This document shows, in pieces, positions 37,719-46,760 of a stretch of DNA of 64,000 nucleotides. A program made the translations under genes and the position numbers. This stretch comes from an uncultured virus (IMG/VR IMGVR_UViG_3300033808_000111) (taxonomy: Duplodnaviria; Heunggongvirae; Uroviricota; Caudoviricetes), in the IMG/VR virus record IMGVR_UViG_3300033808_000111. One strand, given 5' to 3'. The notes below the pieces were generated by a model. That model was not told the origin of the DNA and did not search any database. It saw only the letters and a program-made list of their open reading frames with translations. Positions within the stretch are counted from its first letter, which is position 1. Every line of letters starts with the position of its first letter.

Positions 37719-38063
37719 TCAGTCCGCTTCGCCGAGGTTCGTTGAGACGGTCCAGCTCTGGAACTGTTTGCGGAGATCTTCGGCGAGAGTCTCCGGCGTC
37801 TCTCGAGCCGGGTCAAACGCTCCGCCCCACTTGTTCTGGCAGAACAGCTTTCCTTCTTTGACGTCGGGTGGGAGATCCTTGGTCACGCTCTTTACGTGAC
37901 CGTTTTTGATGATCACGCAGCCCTCGGGCCCGATGATCGCGCCGTCGCGGTAGTAGCGGCCGACGTCGTCGCCGACCTTGTAGTCGTCCATCGTGCACGG
38001 GCCGCACTTGACTTGAACCGAGACCTGCTCGTCCTCGTCCGTGAACGTGTCGTAGGTTCCCAT
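37719..38063 (-). CDS. hypothetical protein
   Basis: MGTYD..QVKCG.C....YKVGD.V..DG. Confidence 0.7.
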   Translation of the reverse strand: MGTYDTFTDEDEQVSVQVKCGPCTMDDYKVGDDVGRYYRDGAIIGPEGCVIIKNGHVKSVTKDLPPDVKEGKLFCQNKWGGAFDPARETPETLAEDLRKQFQSWTVSTNLGEAD

Positions 38064-38259
38064 GATCTGCCGGACGAACGTACCGTGACAGAGAGTTCTG
38101 GGCAACGTGTAACGTGCAAGTCGAGCGATTGCACGCTCTTGCGCGCGCTCTTTCGAGTTCAGGATTCAACGGGATGCAGTAAAGTCTCGAAGATGCTCCG
38201 CTTGTGCAGCGAGCTTCTTTTGCTTGATGCTTGCGCGTGACGCGTACTAGGGTCGCCAG

Positions 38260-38913
38260 ATGCTAGAAGCCATCACCATCTACATCTTGGGCGCGATGAC
38301 CTCTTGGATCCCCATCGGGAACCTGACTTATTGGGGTGAGACAGAAGAGCAAGCCCGCGCAAGACTCGAGTCGATCGCGAGCGATGTCGCGACGGTCGCG
38401 ACGGACGGCGGCGAGAAGTCCGCGTTCGCGGGACCGCTCGGGCGCGTCAAGTCGGCGCTCCTGCTCTCGTCGGTCGCGAGCATGGAGTCGGGTTTCCAGA
38501 AGTTCGTGGACGACGGGACGTGCAACAAGCCGGACTACCAGGCCGATCGGCGCGGCGGGTGCGACGGGCACCATGCTTTCTCCATCTGGCAGATCCACGT
38601 CGCGGGCGAGGGCTTCGTGCTGCTCGAGGACGGCTCGCTCTCGAGCAAGATGTACTCGAGCAAGGAGACCATCGAGCGCCTGGGCGTCGTGACCGGCAAG
38701 GAGCTGATCGCGGACCGCAAGGTCGCCGCGCGCGTCGCGCTCCGGATCATGCGCGATTCGCTCAAGAACTACGGCTCGCTCTGCGCCTACTCGGGCGAGG
38801 ACTGCGCGCCGGGAAGGCATCCCAAAGCCGACGCGCGCCTTGACCGCGCCAAGGCTTACCTCGCGCGGCATCCTTTCGAGATGCCAAAGGAAGAGGTTGC
38901 TTCGGCGCTTTGA
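38260..38913 (+). CDS. putative lysozyme-like / lytic transglycosylase-fold protein
   Basis: VASMESGF..D...A..IWQI motifs; hydrophobic N-terminus. Confidence 0.5.
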   Translation: MLEAITIYILGAMTSWIPIGNLTYWGETEEQARARLESIASDVATVATDGGEKSAFAGPLGRVKSALLLSSVASMESGFQKFVDDGTCNKPDYQADRRGGCDGHHAFSIWQIHVAGEGFVLLEDGSLSSKMYSSKETIERLGVVTGKELIADRKVAARVALRIMRDSLKNYGSLCAYSGEDCAPGRHPKADARLDRAKAYLARHPFEMPKEEVASAL

Positions 38914-38934
38914 CGTGAGCTAATTTGTAGCTCA
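38910..38934 (+). promoter_or_regulatory. inverted repeat TGAGCTA-N5-TAGCTCA (putative operator) over -10-like TAATTT
   Basis: immediately upstream of RHH gene. Confidence 0.55.
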
Positions 38935-39137
38935 TGGCTCGTCGCGCTGCTGAAAAGCTCACCGAGGTCATCTCGATGCGCCTCTCGGAGCGGGACAAAA
39001 AGCTGCTCGACTCCGCGGCCGCGTCGGCGCCGTTCATCCCTCGCTTGACGCTCGCACGCTTCGCCATGCGCATCGGACTCGAGAAACTCAAGAAGAAGCG
39101 TTCGATGCTCAAGGCCATCGCGGGATTGGAGAGCTAG
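38934..39137 (+). CDS. ribbon-helix-helix DNA-binding protein
   Basis: EVISMRLSERDKKLLD..TLARFAMRIGL. Confidence 0.7.
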   Translation: MARRAAEKLTEVISMRLSERDKKLLDSAAASAPFIPRLTLARFAMRIGLEKLKKKRSMLKAIAGLES

Positions 39138-39138
39138 C

Positions 39139-39366
39139 GTGATCACCTGGTGGCAGCTCTGCGCGTTCATGTACATGGCCGGCTTTTCGGTCACGTGCCT
39201 GCGCCTCTACCACGACATCAACGTCGATCGCCAGACATGGAGCAAGTGGTTCTCCGGTCGCCACGAGCCTGGTGTGGTCGTGGTCGTCGTCATGCTGGCG
39301 TGGTGGTTGATGCTCTTCTGGGAGATTCGTGATTGGCTCTCAGGAGAAGGCGACGAGGAAGACTGA
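39139..39366 (+). CDS. small membrane protein
   Basis: two hydrophobic segments. Confidence 0.55.
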   Translation: MITWWQLCAFMYMAGFSVTCLRLYHDINVDRQTWSKWFSGRHEPGVVVVVVMLAWWLMLFWEIRDWLSGEGDEED

Positions 39367-39393
39367 ATCAGAAAAAGAAAGGCATGGTGAGGC

Positions 39394-40095
39394 TTGCCGT
39401 TCGACAACTCCCGATCTCCGGACTTGAAGCACTTTGGAACCGTCACGCTCTCGCCGCGCGGAGGCGGCGAGATGGTGATCAGGGCCGAGGGCGCGTGCAG
39501 CCACCAGGACTGTTTCTTTTCTCCCGGCATGATGGCCGCGTGCATCAAGAAAGATGAAGCCCCCGCGCGCCTCCTCCCGACCCACTTCTCGTTCGCGACG
39601 TCGCCCGAGATCTTCGGCGACCAAAGTGATGAGGCTAGAAGGACTCGGGGGAATCTTGTTAGCCAGTTTCCGACGGATGCCAATCCGCAACGTTGGCGAG
39701 AACAGAATGAACAGGAGATGCGCGCGCTCGGTGCGCACCGGGATTCGTTCGCGTCGCCGGCGGACGTCTTCGTGCTCGACATCGAGGTCGACGGCGTCTC
39801 GATGTGTCAGGCGGCGCCCGCGCGGGCGCGGGCCGAAGGCGTCGAGATGCCGGATTACGAGCCGATGCACCTGTTCGATCTCCAGTGGATGCCTCTCGGA
39901 CAGGCTTACCGGCTGCCGGCCTTCTACTCGCTGCGCCTCCTGCTCGAGAACCGCTCGAAGAAGAAGGCGATCATCATGGGCACGGTCACGTGCAACGTCT
40001 GGACCCGGTGGTGGCTCGACGACGGCCCGGGGTTCCAGATGATGCGCTGGGACGTCGAGCAGCTGAAGAAGGACGTTGGTGAAAGCGTTGGGTAG
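39394..40095 (+). CDS. hypothetical protein
   Basis: fills gene chain; start uncertain. Confidence 0.6.
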   Translation: MPFDNSRSPDLKHFGTVTLSPRGGGEMVIRAEGACSHQDCFFSPGMMAACIKKDEAPARLLPTHFSFATSPEIFGDQSDEARRTRGNLVSQFPTDANPQRWREQNEQEMRALGAHRDSFASPADVFVLDIEVDGVSMCQAAPARARAEGVEMPDYEPMHLFDLQWMPLGQAYRLPAFYSLRLLLENRSKKKAIIMGTVTCNVWTRWWLDDGPGFQMMRWDVEQLKKDVGESVG

Positions 40096-40576
40096 GAGAG
40101 CTGCGAAGCGAGAAGTCATCACCAAAGAGACGTGTCTCGAGTGCGGCGCGTGCTGCGTCAGCCTGACCGAGGCCGACGCTTACTGCGACGTCACGCCCGA
40201 GGACGAGAAGAAGCTCGGCAAAAAGTTCGTCCGGCTCAACGTCCTCCATCCCCGACCATTCGACATGGCCTACTCGATGATTCACGGGGTAAAGATGAGT
40301 GCGCACGGCGCCATCAAGACGTCGTGGAAGGTCGCGAAGTCTGGGCCCTTCAAGGGCATCTCCGCTTGCCAGTGCGTGGCGCTTACCGGGGCTCTCTTCG
40401 ATAAGGTGCGCTGCTCCGTCTACGAGAAGCGCCCCCGCGTGTGCCGCGAGGCGGTCGTGCCCGGAGATCGCGCATGCCGAGAGATCAGGACACTGATGAA
40501 GAAAGCGATCATCGATGCGATCGAGGCTTCGGCGTCAGCAGATCACTCTCGCGTCCAGTCCCGAGGAAACTCGTAG
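40076..40576 (+). CDS. YkgJ family CxxCxxCC cysteine-cluster protein
   Basis: CLECGACC..CVAL.G....CSVYEKRP.VCR. Confidence 0.88.
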   Translation: MVKALGRRAAKREVITKETCLECGACCVSLTEADAYCDVTPEDEKKLGKKFVRLNVLHPRPFDMAYSMIHGVKMSAHGAIKTSWKVAKSGPFKGISACQCVALTGALFDKVRCSVYEKRPRVCREAVVPGDRACREIRTLMKKAIIDAIEASASADHSRVQSRGNS

Positions 40577-41001
40577 AAGGGATGAAGGTCGAGGTACTGC
40601 GCGACAGCCTTGAGCGCTTTGTATCCGTCATCGTAGACCTGATCAGAGGTGCCTTGTGCTTCCACGGCCGCCGCGATCCCGATCGGCACGTCGCGCGCGA
40701 CGAAGAGCGCGTGGGGCTCGCGAGCGTCGCGCAGGGCTCGCCAGCCCGAGTACCTCGGGTTGTCGGCGCTCGGCATGCTCGACGCGGCGTATAGGGCACC
40801 GTTTCGTTTCCAGTCCGGCCACCTGGTCTCTCCCGTGCCGTAGACTGCAACGACGAGCCTCGGGATGCGTTCGCGAGACCCTAGAAACGCCGGATAGACG
40901 GCGAGTTCGCCGAGGCTTGCGTCGCGTAGGAGACCCTCGGTGACGTGGGGTTTTATTTCGTCGTTCACGAGGACGTGCGTGCCTTCTTTGGTCTTTTGCA
41001 C
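40543..41001 (-). CDS. hypothetical protein
   Basis: protein-like composition; RBS GAGAGG on minus strand. Confidence 0.55.
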   Translation of the reverse strand: MQKTKEGTHVLVNDEIKPHVTEGLLRDASLGELAVYPAFLGSRERIPRLVVAVYGTGETRWPDWKRNGALYAASSMPSADNPRYSGWRALRDAREPHALFVARDVPIGIAAAVEAQGTSDQVYDDGYKALKAVAQYLDLHPFYEFPRDWTRE

Positions 41002-41495
41002 GGCGATCTGGGAGATGAACCTCTCGTCGCTCCTTCTTACCGTGATGATGTAGGCCGACGGGCGCGACTCTCGAGCACCTCTTCGAACCTGGTACTCGGC
41101 GACGCCGGAGACCTTGTATGCCCGTCCATGATCGCGTCAGCGATCACTTGTCCAAGCTCCACGGGGTCGATTTCCCTCTTCGTCACCTTCGTCACAGCGA
41201 GATGATACCAGTTGGTGCCTGCGACTTGCAGCTTGGCAGCGGGTGCGCGAAGATCCCTCTCATGATAGGCCGGAAGACTCGAACGACTACGATTCACTGC
41301 CCCTCAACCGGCTCGGCGCACGCGCTTCGCCACGAGCTGGACAAGGTGGGCGCGCTCTCTCGACGCCGGGGACGCGCGGTTTTCACGACCGCGCGGAGCA
41401 AAACGATTGAGCGCGCAAAGAGGCGCGCGCGTGGAAGTCAGCACCGAGGCGGTGTTTTGTCGAGGCGAGCATCGTACAGGATGACGCGGTGAGGC

Positions 41496-41918
41496 GTGGC
41501 CCGCCGTGAACACCTTCTGCCTTACCGGGGGCTCCTCGACAGCTACGTGGGCCGCGCCCGCGAGCTTTACCACTCAGAAGGCATCATCGAGGTCGATCCG
41601 CCGAAAAGTTCTCTGGCCGACTTGTCCAGCCAGGTCTCTTTCAGCGAAGGCGGAGCGTGGGTCGAGGCGTGGTTCTGGATGTCGTATCCGCAAGAAGTGG
41701 ACGACGACATGAACGACGAAGAGATCGTTGGCAACGCGCAAGATTCCGCGCGCGGTTACCGGTCTTATTTCGGTTCTGAAATCGAAATCGACCCGGGCGC
41801 CGTCGTGAGCCGGCACGACGTCGAGAGCATCGAGAACATGGGCGGCGTCTACGTGCAGGCGTGGGTCTGGGTTCCGGAGGATGAGGTGGAGGTTGTGAGG
41901 GTGGAGGTTGTGAGGTAA
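41496..41918 (+). CDS. MARxEHL-tag protein 4 (acidic; duplicated E[IV]DP..GG.[WY]V.AW.W domain)
   Basis: MARREHLLPY. Confidence 0.85.
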   Translation: MARREHLLPYRGLLDSYVGRARELYHSEGIIEVDPPKSSLADLSSQVSFSEGGAWVEAWFWMSYPQEVDDDMNDEEIVGNAQDSARGYRSYFGSEIEIDPGAVVSRHDVESIENMGGVYVQAWVWVPEDEVEVVRVEVVR

Positions 41919-42286
41919 TGGCTCGCCGCGAACACCTTCAGCCGTATTTGCGGAAACGTCCGGACCGCATCGAGTTCGACGACAATGAGATCGAAGCAGC
42001 TTCTCATTGGTACGGGGGGATGGATCTGCTCTACGCGGTCGCTTCTACTGGGAGCCTGAGTCGAGGGACCAATCGTCCTCGAAACGAGGACGGCAGTGCG
42101 ATGACCGACGAAGAATGGATGAACGATTTGGCCGCGGAACTCGTGGTGCTCGCTACCCAGTGCGCGCAAGATGCTCGCGTCCAAAGGCGTGAGACCCGCA
42201 GCACGCGCGATCGCCAGGAGCTTCTCGACGACGAGCAGGGGCTCTACAGCATCGCGTACAAAGCGCGGCGGTACTTGGAGCAGTGA
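41918..42286 (+). CDS. MARxEHL-tag protein 5
   Basis: MARREHLQPY; TAATG coupling. Confidence 0.85.
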   Translation: MARREHLQPYLRKRPDRIEFDDNEIEAASHWYGGMDLLYAVASTGSLSRGTNRPRNEDGSAMTDEEWMNDLAAELVVLATQCAQDARVQRRETRSTRDRQELLDDEQGLYSIAYKARRYLEQ

Positions 42287-42501
42287 TGCGTCGCAAGCTG
42301 ACGATGGAAGAGCGTGAAGCGTTGCCAGAGAGCGATCCGAGGAAGTACCAGATGACGTGTGATTGCGGATGGGAGAGACCTCACTTCGCAGACATTCTGG
42401 GCGAAAAGAAGAAGCCGCTCGCGATCCGAGAGTTTTGGCTCGTCTTCGACTGCCCGAAGTGCGGCGCTCGGTGGGAAGCTCACTATGGAGCCGTGTCATG
42501 A
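42283..42501 (+). CDS. small zinc-ribbon protein
   Basis: CDCG..CPKCG. Confidence 0.6.
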   Translation: MMRRKLTMEEREALPESDPRKYQMTCDCGWERPHFADILGEKKKPLAIREFWLVFDCPKCGARWEAHYGAVS

Positions 42502-42518
42502 GACGCGGAGGCGTGGGC

Positions 42519-43115
42519 ATGGCGAGTGGCGGTCAGGCCGCAGTCGTTGGCGACGCGCTCATGGATCTCGGTTTCCGCGTCACTTTTCATTCGCGTCCAA
42601 GCGGCGAGCACCTCTGGGTCACCAAAGGCAAGCGCACTCCTTGGCAGGGCGGGGATTACGACTTGCGCGTAGCTGGGGCAATGATCGAAGTGATCTCCGG
42701 CGACAAAGAGGCGTTCGATCTCCTCGTACGTGCTGGTCTTGGAGGACATTCGCGTCAGGCGTTCATCAATAACGAGACACCGCTCTACTTCGTGCTCGTT
42801 CGCTCTCCCGGTCTCATTCCCGAGAACCTCATCGTCGCTACCTCGCGCGCTCGCGCTGGCAAGGCAGCGCGTGGTCAAGCACGGTGGTGGGCCAATGACG
42901 TTGCCATTGGAGCAGCTGCTGTGGATGACATGTTCGAACAGATCCGGCGAGACTCGGATGATTTTACTCCGATCTGGCGCGACCGCCTCTCGAGCTTGGA
43001 AATTTCATTTGGTACGCTCGATGAGGTGATTCAAGAGCTAGAACAGCACGGAGTCTCGCAAGCGCTTGAAGGAAGAATAGAACGAAGCGGTGAAGGAAGA
43101 GGTGGTGAGAGATGA
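42519..43115 (+). CDS. AEVLAD-domain paralog plus cargo
   Basis: QAAVVGDALMDLGF..RAGLG; alternative start 42498. Confidence 0.8.
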   Translation: MASGGQAAVVGDALMDLGFRVTFHSRPSGEHLWVTKGKRTPWQGGDYDLRVAGAMIEVISGDKEAFDLLVRAGLGGHSRQAFINNETPLYFVLVRSPGLIPENLIVATSRARAGKAARGQARWWANDVAIGAAAVDDMFEQIRRDSDDFTPIWRDRLSSLEISFGTLDEVIQELEQHGVSQALEGRIERSGEGRGGER

Positions 43116-43585
43116 CGATGTTCCCGTTCGATCCCCGCGTCTCCTCGTCGCTCGCGCTCGCGGAGGCTCAGGGGAACAAACCTTGCGGTTGCCGTTGGCG
43201 CTTGTATGGCGGGCGTCCTCTCCGCGAAGTCTCCGATCCCGAGCGCGCCACGCACGCTGACCTCGCCCAGGTCTGCGTCATGCACCGGCGTTGGCTTGGG
43301 GCGATCTTCATCGACCAGAAAAAGCCCCCGAACTTCAGCCACCCTCCGCCCGGGGGCCTTCCGCTCGTGGGACCCGCCTACCAGAGCGCGATCGGCGTGC
43401 CGGGCGGTGGTGGAGGCGTGACGATGCAGCCGTCCATCGCGGGCGCCGCTGTGCCCGAGCAGGTGGGCAACGTGGCGCAGGTCGATGGGCCACTCCATCA
43501 AGCGTCGCGCGACGTCGCGAGGATCGAAGAGGCCCACGAGAACCTGCTCCCGAAGGGTGCCGGTGGCAAGCCGGAGAAGAAATGA
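43112..43585 (+). CDS. hypothetical protein
   Basis: ATGA overlaps on both sides. Confidence 0.6.
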   Translation: MTMFPFDPRVSSSLALAEAQGNKPCGCRWRLYGGRPLREVSDPERATHADLAQVCVMHRRWLGAIFIDQKKPPNFSHPPPGGLPLVGPAYQSAIGVPGGGGGVTMQPSIAGAAVPEQVGNVAQVDGPLHQASRDVARIEEAHENLLPKGAGGKPEKK

Positions 43586-43953
43586 AGAAGCGAGCCGCTG
43601 AAACTCGACTCGAGGAGTCGCGGATGGAACGAGCCGGGGAGCAGGCGGAAGTGCTGGCCGACATGCTTCACGAACTCGGTTTCGGCGTGAGCCAAGTCCG
43701 ACGTTCGTGGGGTGCCGTCTACGCGGCGAGCTTCGGCGTCATCAATTCCGGTTCTCTCGGTCAGAAACATCCTGATACCACTGCGCGAGTCTTGGTTTAC
43801 TCGGGCGGCAGCGTCATGGTCAGCTCGGCCTCACAGCGGTTTCTTCTGAAGCTGCGCGCCTTGTTCGACGTGTTCGAGTCGTACAGGGTTGAGCCTGGTC
43901 TCAGTTACGACTACGAGGTGGGCGGTCAGGCTTTCTCGGCGGAGCTTCGGTGA
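43582..43953 (+). CDS. AEVLAD-domain family paralog
   Basis: EQAEVLADMLHELGF..SGGSV. Confidence 0.82.
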   Translation: MKKRAAETRLEESRMERAGEQAEVLADMLHELGFGVSQVRRSWGAVYAASFGVINSGSLGQKHPDTTARVLVYSGGSVMVSSASQRFLLKLRALFDVFESYRVEPGLSYDYEVGGQAFSAELR

Positions 43954-43957
43954 AGTG

Positions 43958-44509
43958 ATGGGACGCCGCGCCGACGAGCTTGGTCAGGTGCTCATGGATC
44001 TCCTTCGAGAGGCGGGTTTCGACGTTCACGAATGGGATCCCGTGACGGCGGCCGGAGGACGCGTCGTGCGCTTCATCAGCGTGAAGTGGCCTCATGAGGC
44101 CCCGACCTTGGCGTGGCTCGCGCCGGTCGACGAGGGAAAGATCGTGATCGACTGGAAGGGACCGGGCAAGCGCGGACAAGAGGTCATCGACGCGATCGAG
44201 CGCGCGGGCTGGGGCGATCGGCTCGTATCGAGCTTTCAGGTGCTCGACGAGCCAAGTGTAGAGGTGATGACTCGAGTCGTGCGCGATACTTATCCTTCGG
44301 AGAGCTTCGAGTTCACAGAGTTCAAGGACGGGACAGTGCGCGTCGGACCGATGTCGCCATCGATGGGCCAGCGCATCGAAAAGCGTCTGCGCGAGCTTGG
44401 AGTGCTCGAACGCAAAGGGATCTACTTCGCGTTCGAGAGCGTCGGCCGGTTCGTGCAGCCCAACGTGGGCTACCTTTTCTGGGGCGACCCGGGATGGATT
44501 CAGCGCTGA
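43958..44509 (+). CDS. AEVLAD-domain paralog plus cargo
   Basis: ELGQVLMDLLREAGF..EGKI..ERAGWG. Confidence 0.82.
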   Translation: MGRRADELGQVLMDLLREAGFDVHEWDPVTAAGGRVVRFISVKWPHEAPTLAWLAPVDEGKIVIDWKGPGKRGQEVIDAIERAGWGDRLVSSFQVLDEPSVEVMTRVVRDTYPSESFEFTEFKDGTVRVGPMSPSMGQRIEKRLRELGVLERKGIYFAFESVGRFVQPNVGYLFWGDPGWIQR

Positions 44510-44534
44510 GCTGAAGCCTGGTAAGCTTCGGAAC

Positions 44535-44930
44535 ATGGCAGCGGAAGCGAGCAAGGCGGAAAAGAGCGCGCTCGTGCTCGCGGACGCGATCCAGGAGCAG
44601 GATCCGGAGAGGTTCTCTTACTTTCCCCAGGCTTTCAGTCGTTTCGAGACCGAAGCCCATTCAGTTCCTCCCGCCTATCGCGTGACCTACCTCAAGTCGA
44701 GCGGATTCCCGCCGGCACCCGACTCGTACCTTCTGACCGTGTGGGGGATCAGGAGCGAGGTCGCCCGCCGTTTCCCGGTGGCAAGCGCTGCGGGGGCCCG
44801 CGCGCACGGCGACAGAGTCTGGCTTGTCGACTTTTTTGTTGACCCGCGCGGCCGCGTCCTCGTCGACTCGGAGCGCGAGAACGGGTTTTCAGACGAGCTT
44901 CTTCGATCGGTTGGGTGGGTCGAGAGATGA
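44535..44930 (+). CDS. AEVLAD-domain family paralog
   Basis: SALVLADAIQEQ..RGRV...ERENGFSDELLRSVG. Confidence 0.78.
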   Translation: MAAEASKAEKSALVLADAIQEQDPERFSYFPQAFSRFETEAHSVPPAYRVTYLKSSGFPPAPDSYLLTVWGIRSEVARRFPVASAAGARAHGDRVWLVDFFVDPRGRVLVDSERENGFSDELLRSVGWVER

Positions 44931-45754
44931 CTTCCTCGAGCGCGGCTTCTTTGGGCAAGCAGGCCGGACAGTGGGCCCAGGTGTTCTCGGACGCTCTTTT
45001 GGAGCTGGGTTATGCCCCCGAGCTGAGGGAGCATCTGGGCGCTCGGCAAGTGCCCGGGGACCGAGTCTGGTGGGAGATCGCGATCTACGACCCGCAAGAG
45101 AGATGGGGCAGGGAGTTCGTCGGGGAGATCCGCGTCTTCGGCCACGGCGAGATCGTCATCTCGGACGAAGGGCAGCGGCCCGGCATCGCGCGCAAGGTCC
45201 TCGATGAGACCCGGCTCGGGTTCGAAGACGTCTCACCGGCGCTCGCGCAGGAAGCCGGCGCCGAGTTCGCGCAGGACAGCGCTGATGAGGTCGACTTCCA
45301 GTACAACCTGCGCGAGCAGCTCGCGGAAGGTGCGGAGATGGAAGCACGCGACCCGAAGAGCGTCGTCCCGGAGTTCACGACAGAGAATCTAGCGAGCAGC
45401 AAGCGCAGTCGAGAGCGGCTCGCACGCGAGATGCTCGAGGACTTCGGACGCGACGTCGCGCGCGATCTGGACACCGACACGGTCGAACGCTACTTCGAGC
45501 GTGTAGGACTTCCTTCGCGTGCCGCGCTCGATTTTTCGGCAGCATTTCTTTCTGGCATGCGTCGCGAGCTTGCCAGCAAGAACATGCGGGAGTGGCTCGC
45601 CGAGATGCACATACTGCCGGTCGTCGAGGCGATCCTCGCGAGTGCGCGAAGCGCGTCCGCTGGGCCCCGCGGAGGGAATCCGACGAGGGCGGGTGCGCGA
45701 AGCGCGCCCGCTAGGCCCCGCGGAGGGAATCCGACGAGGGCGGGGACGAGATGA
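44927..45754 (+). CDS. AEVLAD-domain paralog plus cargo shared with 46065; ends in family C tandem
   Basis: WAQVFSDALLELGY; LA.EAG...A..F..G.R..L. Confidence 0.82.
   Translation: MTSSSAASLGKQAGQWAQVFSDALLELGYAPELREHLGARQVPGDRVWWEIAIYDPQERWGREFVGEIRVFGHGEIVISDEGQRPGIARKVLDETRLGFEDVSPALAQEAGAEFAQDSADEVDFQYNLREQLAEGAEMEARDPKSVVPEFTTENLASSKRSRERLAREMLEDFGRDVARDLDTDTVERYFERVGLPSRAALDFSAAFLSGMRRELASKNMREWLAEMHILPVVEAILASARSASAGPRGGNPTRAGARSAPARPRGGNPTRAGTR
45642..45744 (+). repeat. repeat family C, 51-bp tandem x2 in frame
   Basis: encodes ARSAxAxPRGGNPTRAG twice. Confidence 0.92.
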
Positions 45755-46068
45755 CCAAGAAAACCAAGAAGACCAAGAAGACGACTACGACCGAGGCCCG
45801 CGCCCTCGTGCTCGCCGACGCGCTGATGGATCAGGGGTTCGAGGTCTCGGCCCACGAGTACGAACCGCGCGATGGAGGTCCCTTCTTTTACTTGAACGTT
45901 CGCCGACGGGGAGAAGGATGGATGGGCGGCGACTACGTCGAGCTTCTCGTGGGACGTTCGGGCTCGATCTACGTCACGCACCCGCGCCGCGACACGAGCA
46001 CGCTCAGAGAAGTGCTCGACGCGGTCGAGAGCGCCGGGTTCGGTAGACTCTTGGAGAAGAACGCGTGA
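45751..46068 (+). CDS. AEVLAD-domain family paralog
   Basis: RALVLADALMDQGF..SGSI..ESAGFG. Confidence 0.85.
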   Translation: MTKKTKKTKKTTTTEARALVLADALMDQGFEVSAHEYEPRDGGPFFYLNVRRRGEGWMGGDYVELLVGRSGSIYVTHPRRDTSTLREVLDAVESAGFGRLLEKNA

Positions 46069-46760
46069 TAAATCGTCGCGGATATGAGCAGGCCGCGGTG
46101 CTCTCGGACGTGATCGAAGAGCAAGGGTACGTCGCAATCGTTCAACAGACGCACAGCGGAGACTTTTTCGTGCTGGCCAAGCACAAGAAGTCAGGCGCTC
46201 CAGCAGCGGCGTTCTGGGTCTACGGCCCCGGCGACGTTAGCCTCGGCCTCTACGGTCGTGAGGAGGACATCCTTGGCAAGGCTGGTCTGTCACGCCTCGG
46301 CAAGGAGCGAGATCAAACGCCGCTGACAGTCGCGGAAAAGGAGAATCTGGCGTTCGAAGCGGGCAAGATCTATGCGAGTCAGGAGGTTGAGTCGGCAGCA
46401 TTTCTACGTCGCGTGACCAATGAAATCGAGATTTCTACGACAGAACTCTGGTCGCGCGCGAACGAACTCTGGAACAGATCAGAGCTTCGCGATCAGTTCG
46501 CGCGAGGCTTGATCACTGGGCTCGGGCAGCAGATGGAGCAAGCCGGAGTAGCGCCGCGAGCTTCGCAGGATCTCAAGCGAGCAGGTCTTTCTCTCGAGGA
46601 TCTGCGAGGGACTTCCATCGGTGCGGAGTTCTGGCGCGGAGTTCGCGATCGTCTTGGACAAAAGAGCACGCAGTCCTTCGTCGCAGATGATCTCGTCATG
46701 CCGGCTTTGGAGGAGATCCTTCTGCGACGACGAGCGAGCAGTCGCGGAGGAGTACGATGA
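46065..46760 (+). CDS. AEVLAD-domain paralog plus cargo shared with 44927
   Basis: QAAVLSDVIEEQGY..KAGLS; LAFEAGKIYA..FWRGVRDRL. Confidence 0.82.
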   Translation: MINRRGYEQAAVLSDVIEEQGYVAIVQQTHSGDFFVLAKHKKSGAPAAAFWVYGPGDVSLGLYGREEDILGKAGLSRLGKERDQTPLTVAEKENLAFEAGKIYASQEVESAAFLRRVTNEIEISTTELWSRANELWNRSELRDQFARGLITGLGQQMEQAGVAPRASQDLKRAGLSLEDLRGTSIGAEFWRGVRDRLGQKSTQSFVADDLVMPALEEILLRRRASSRGGVR

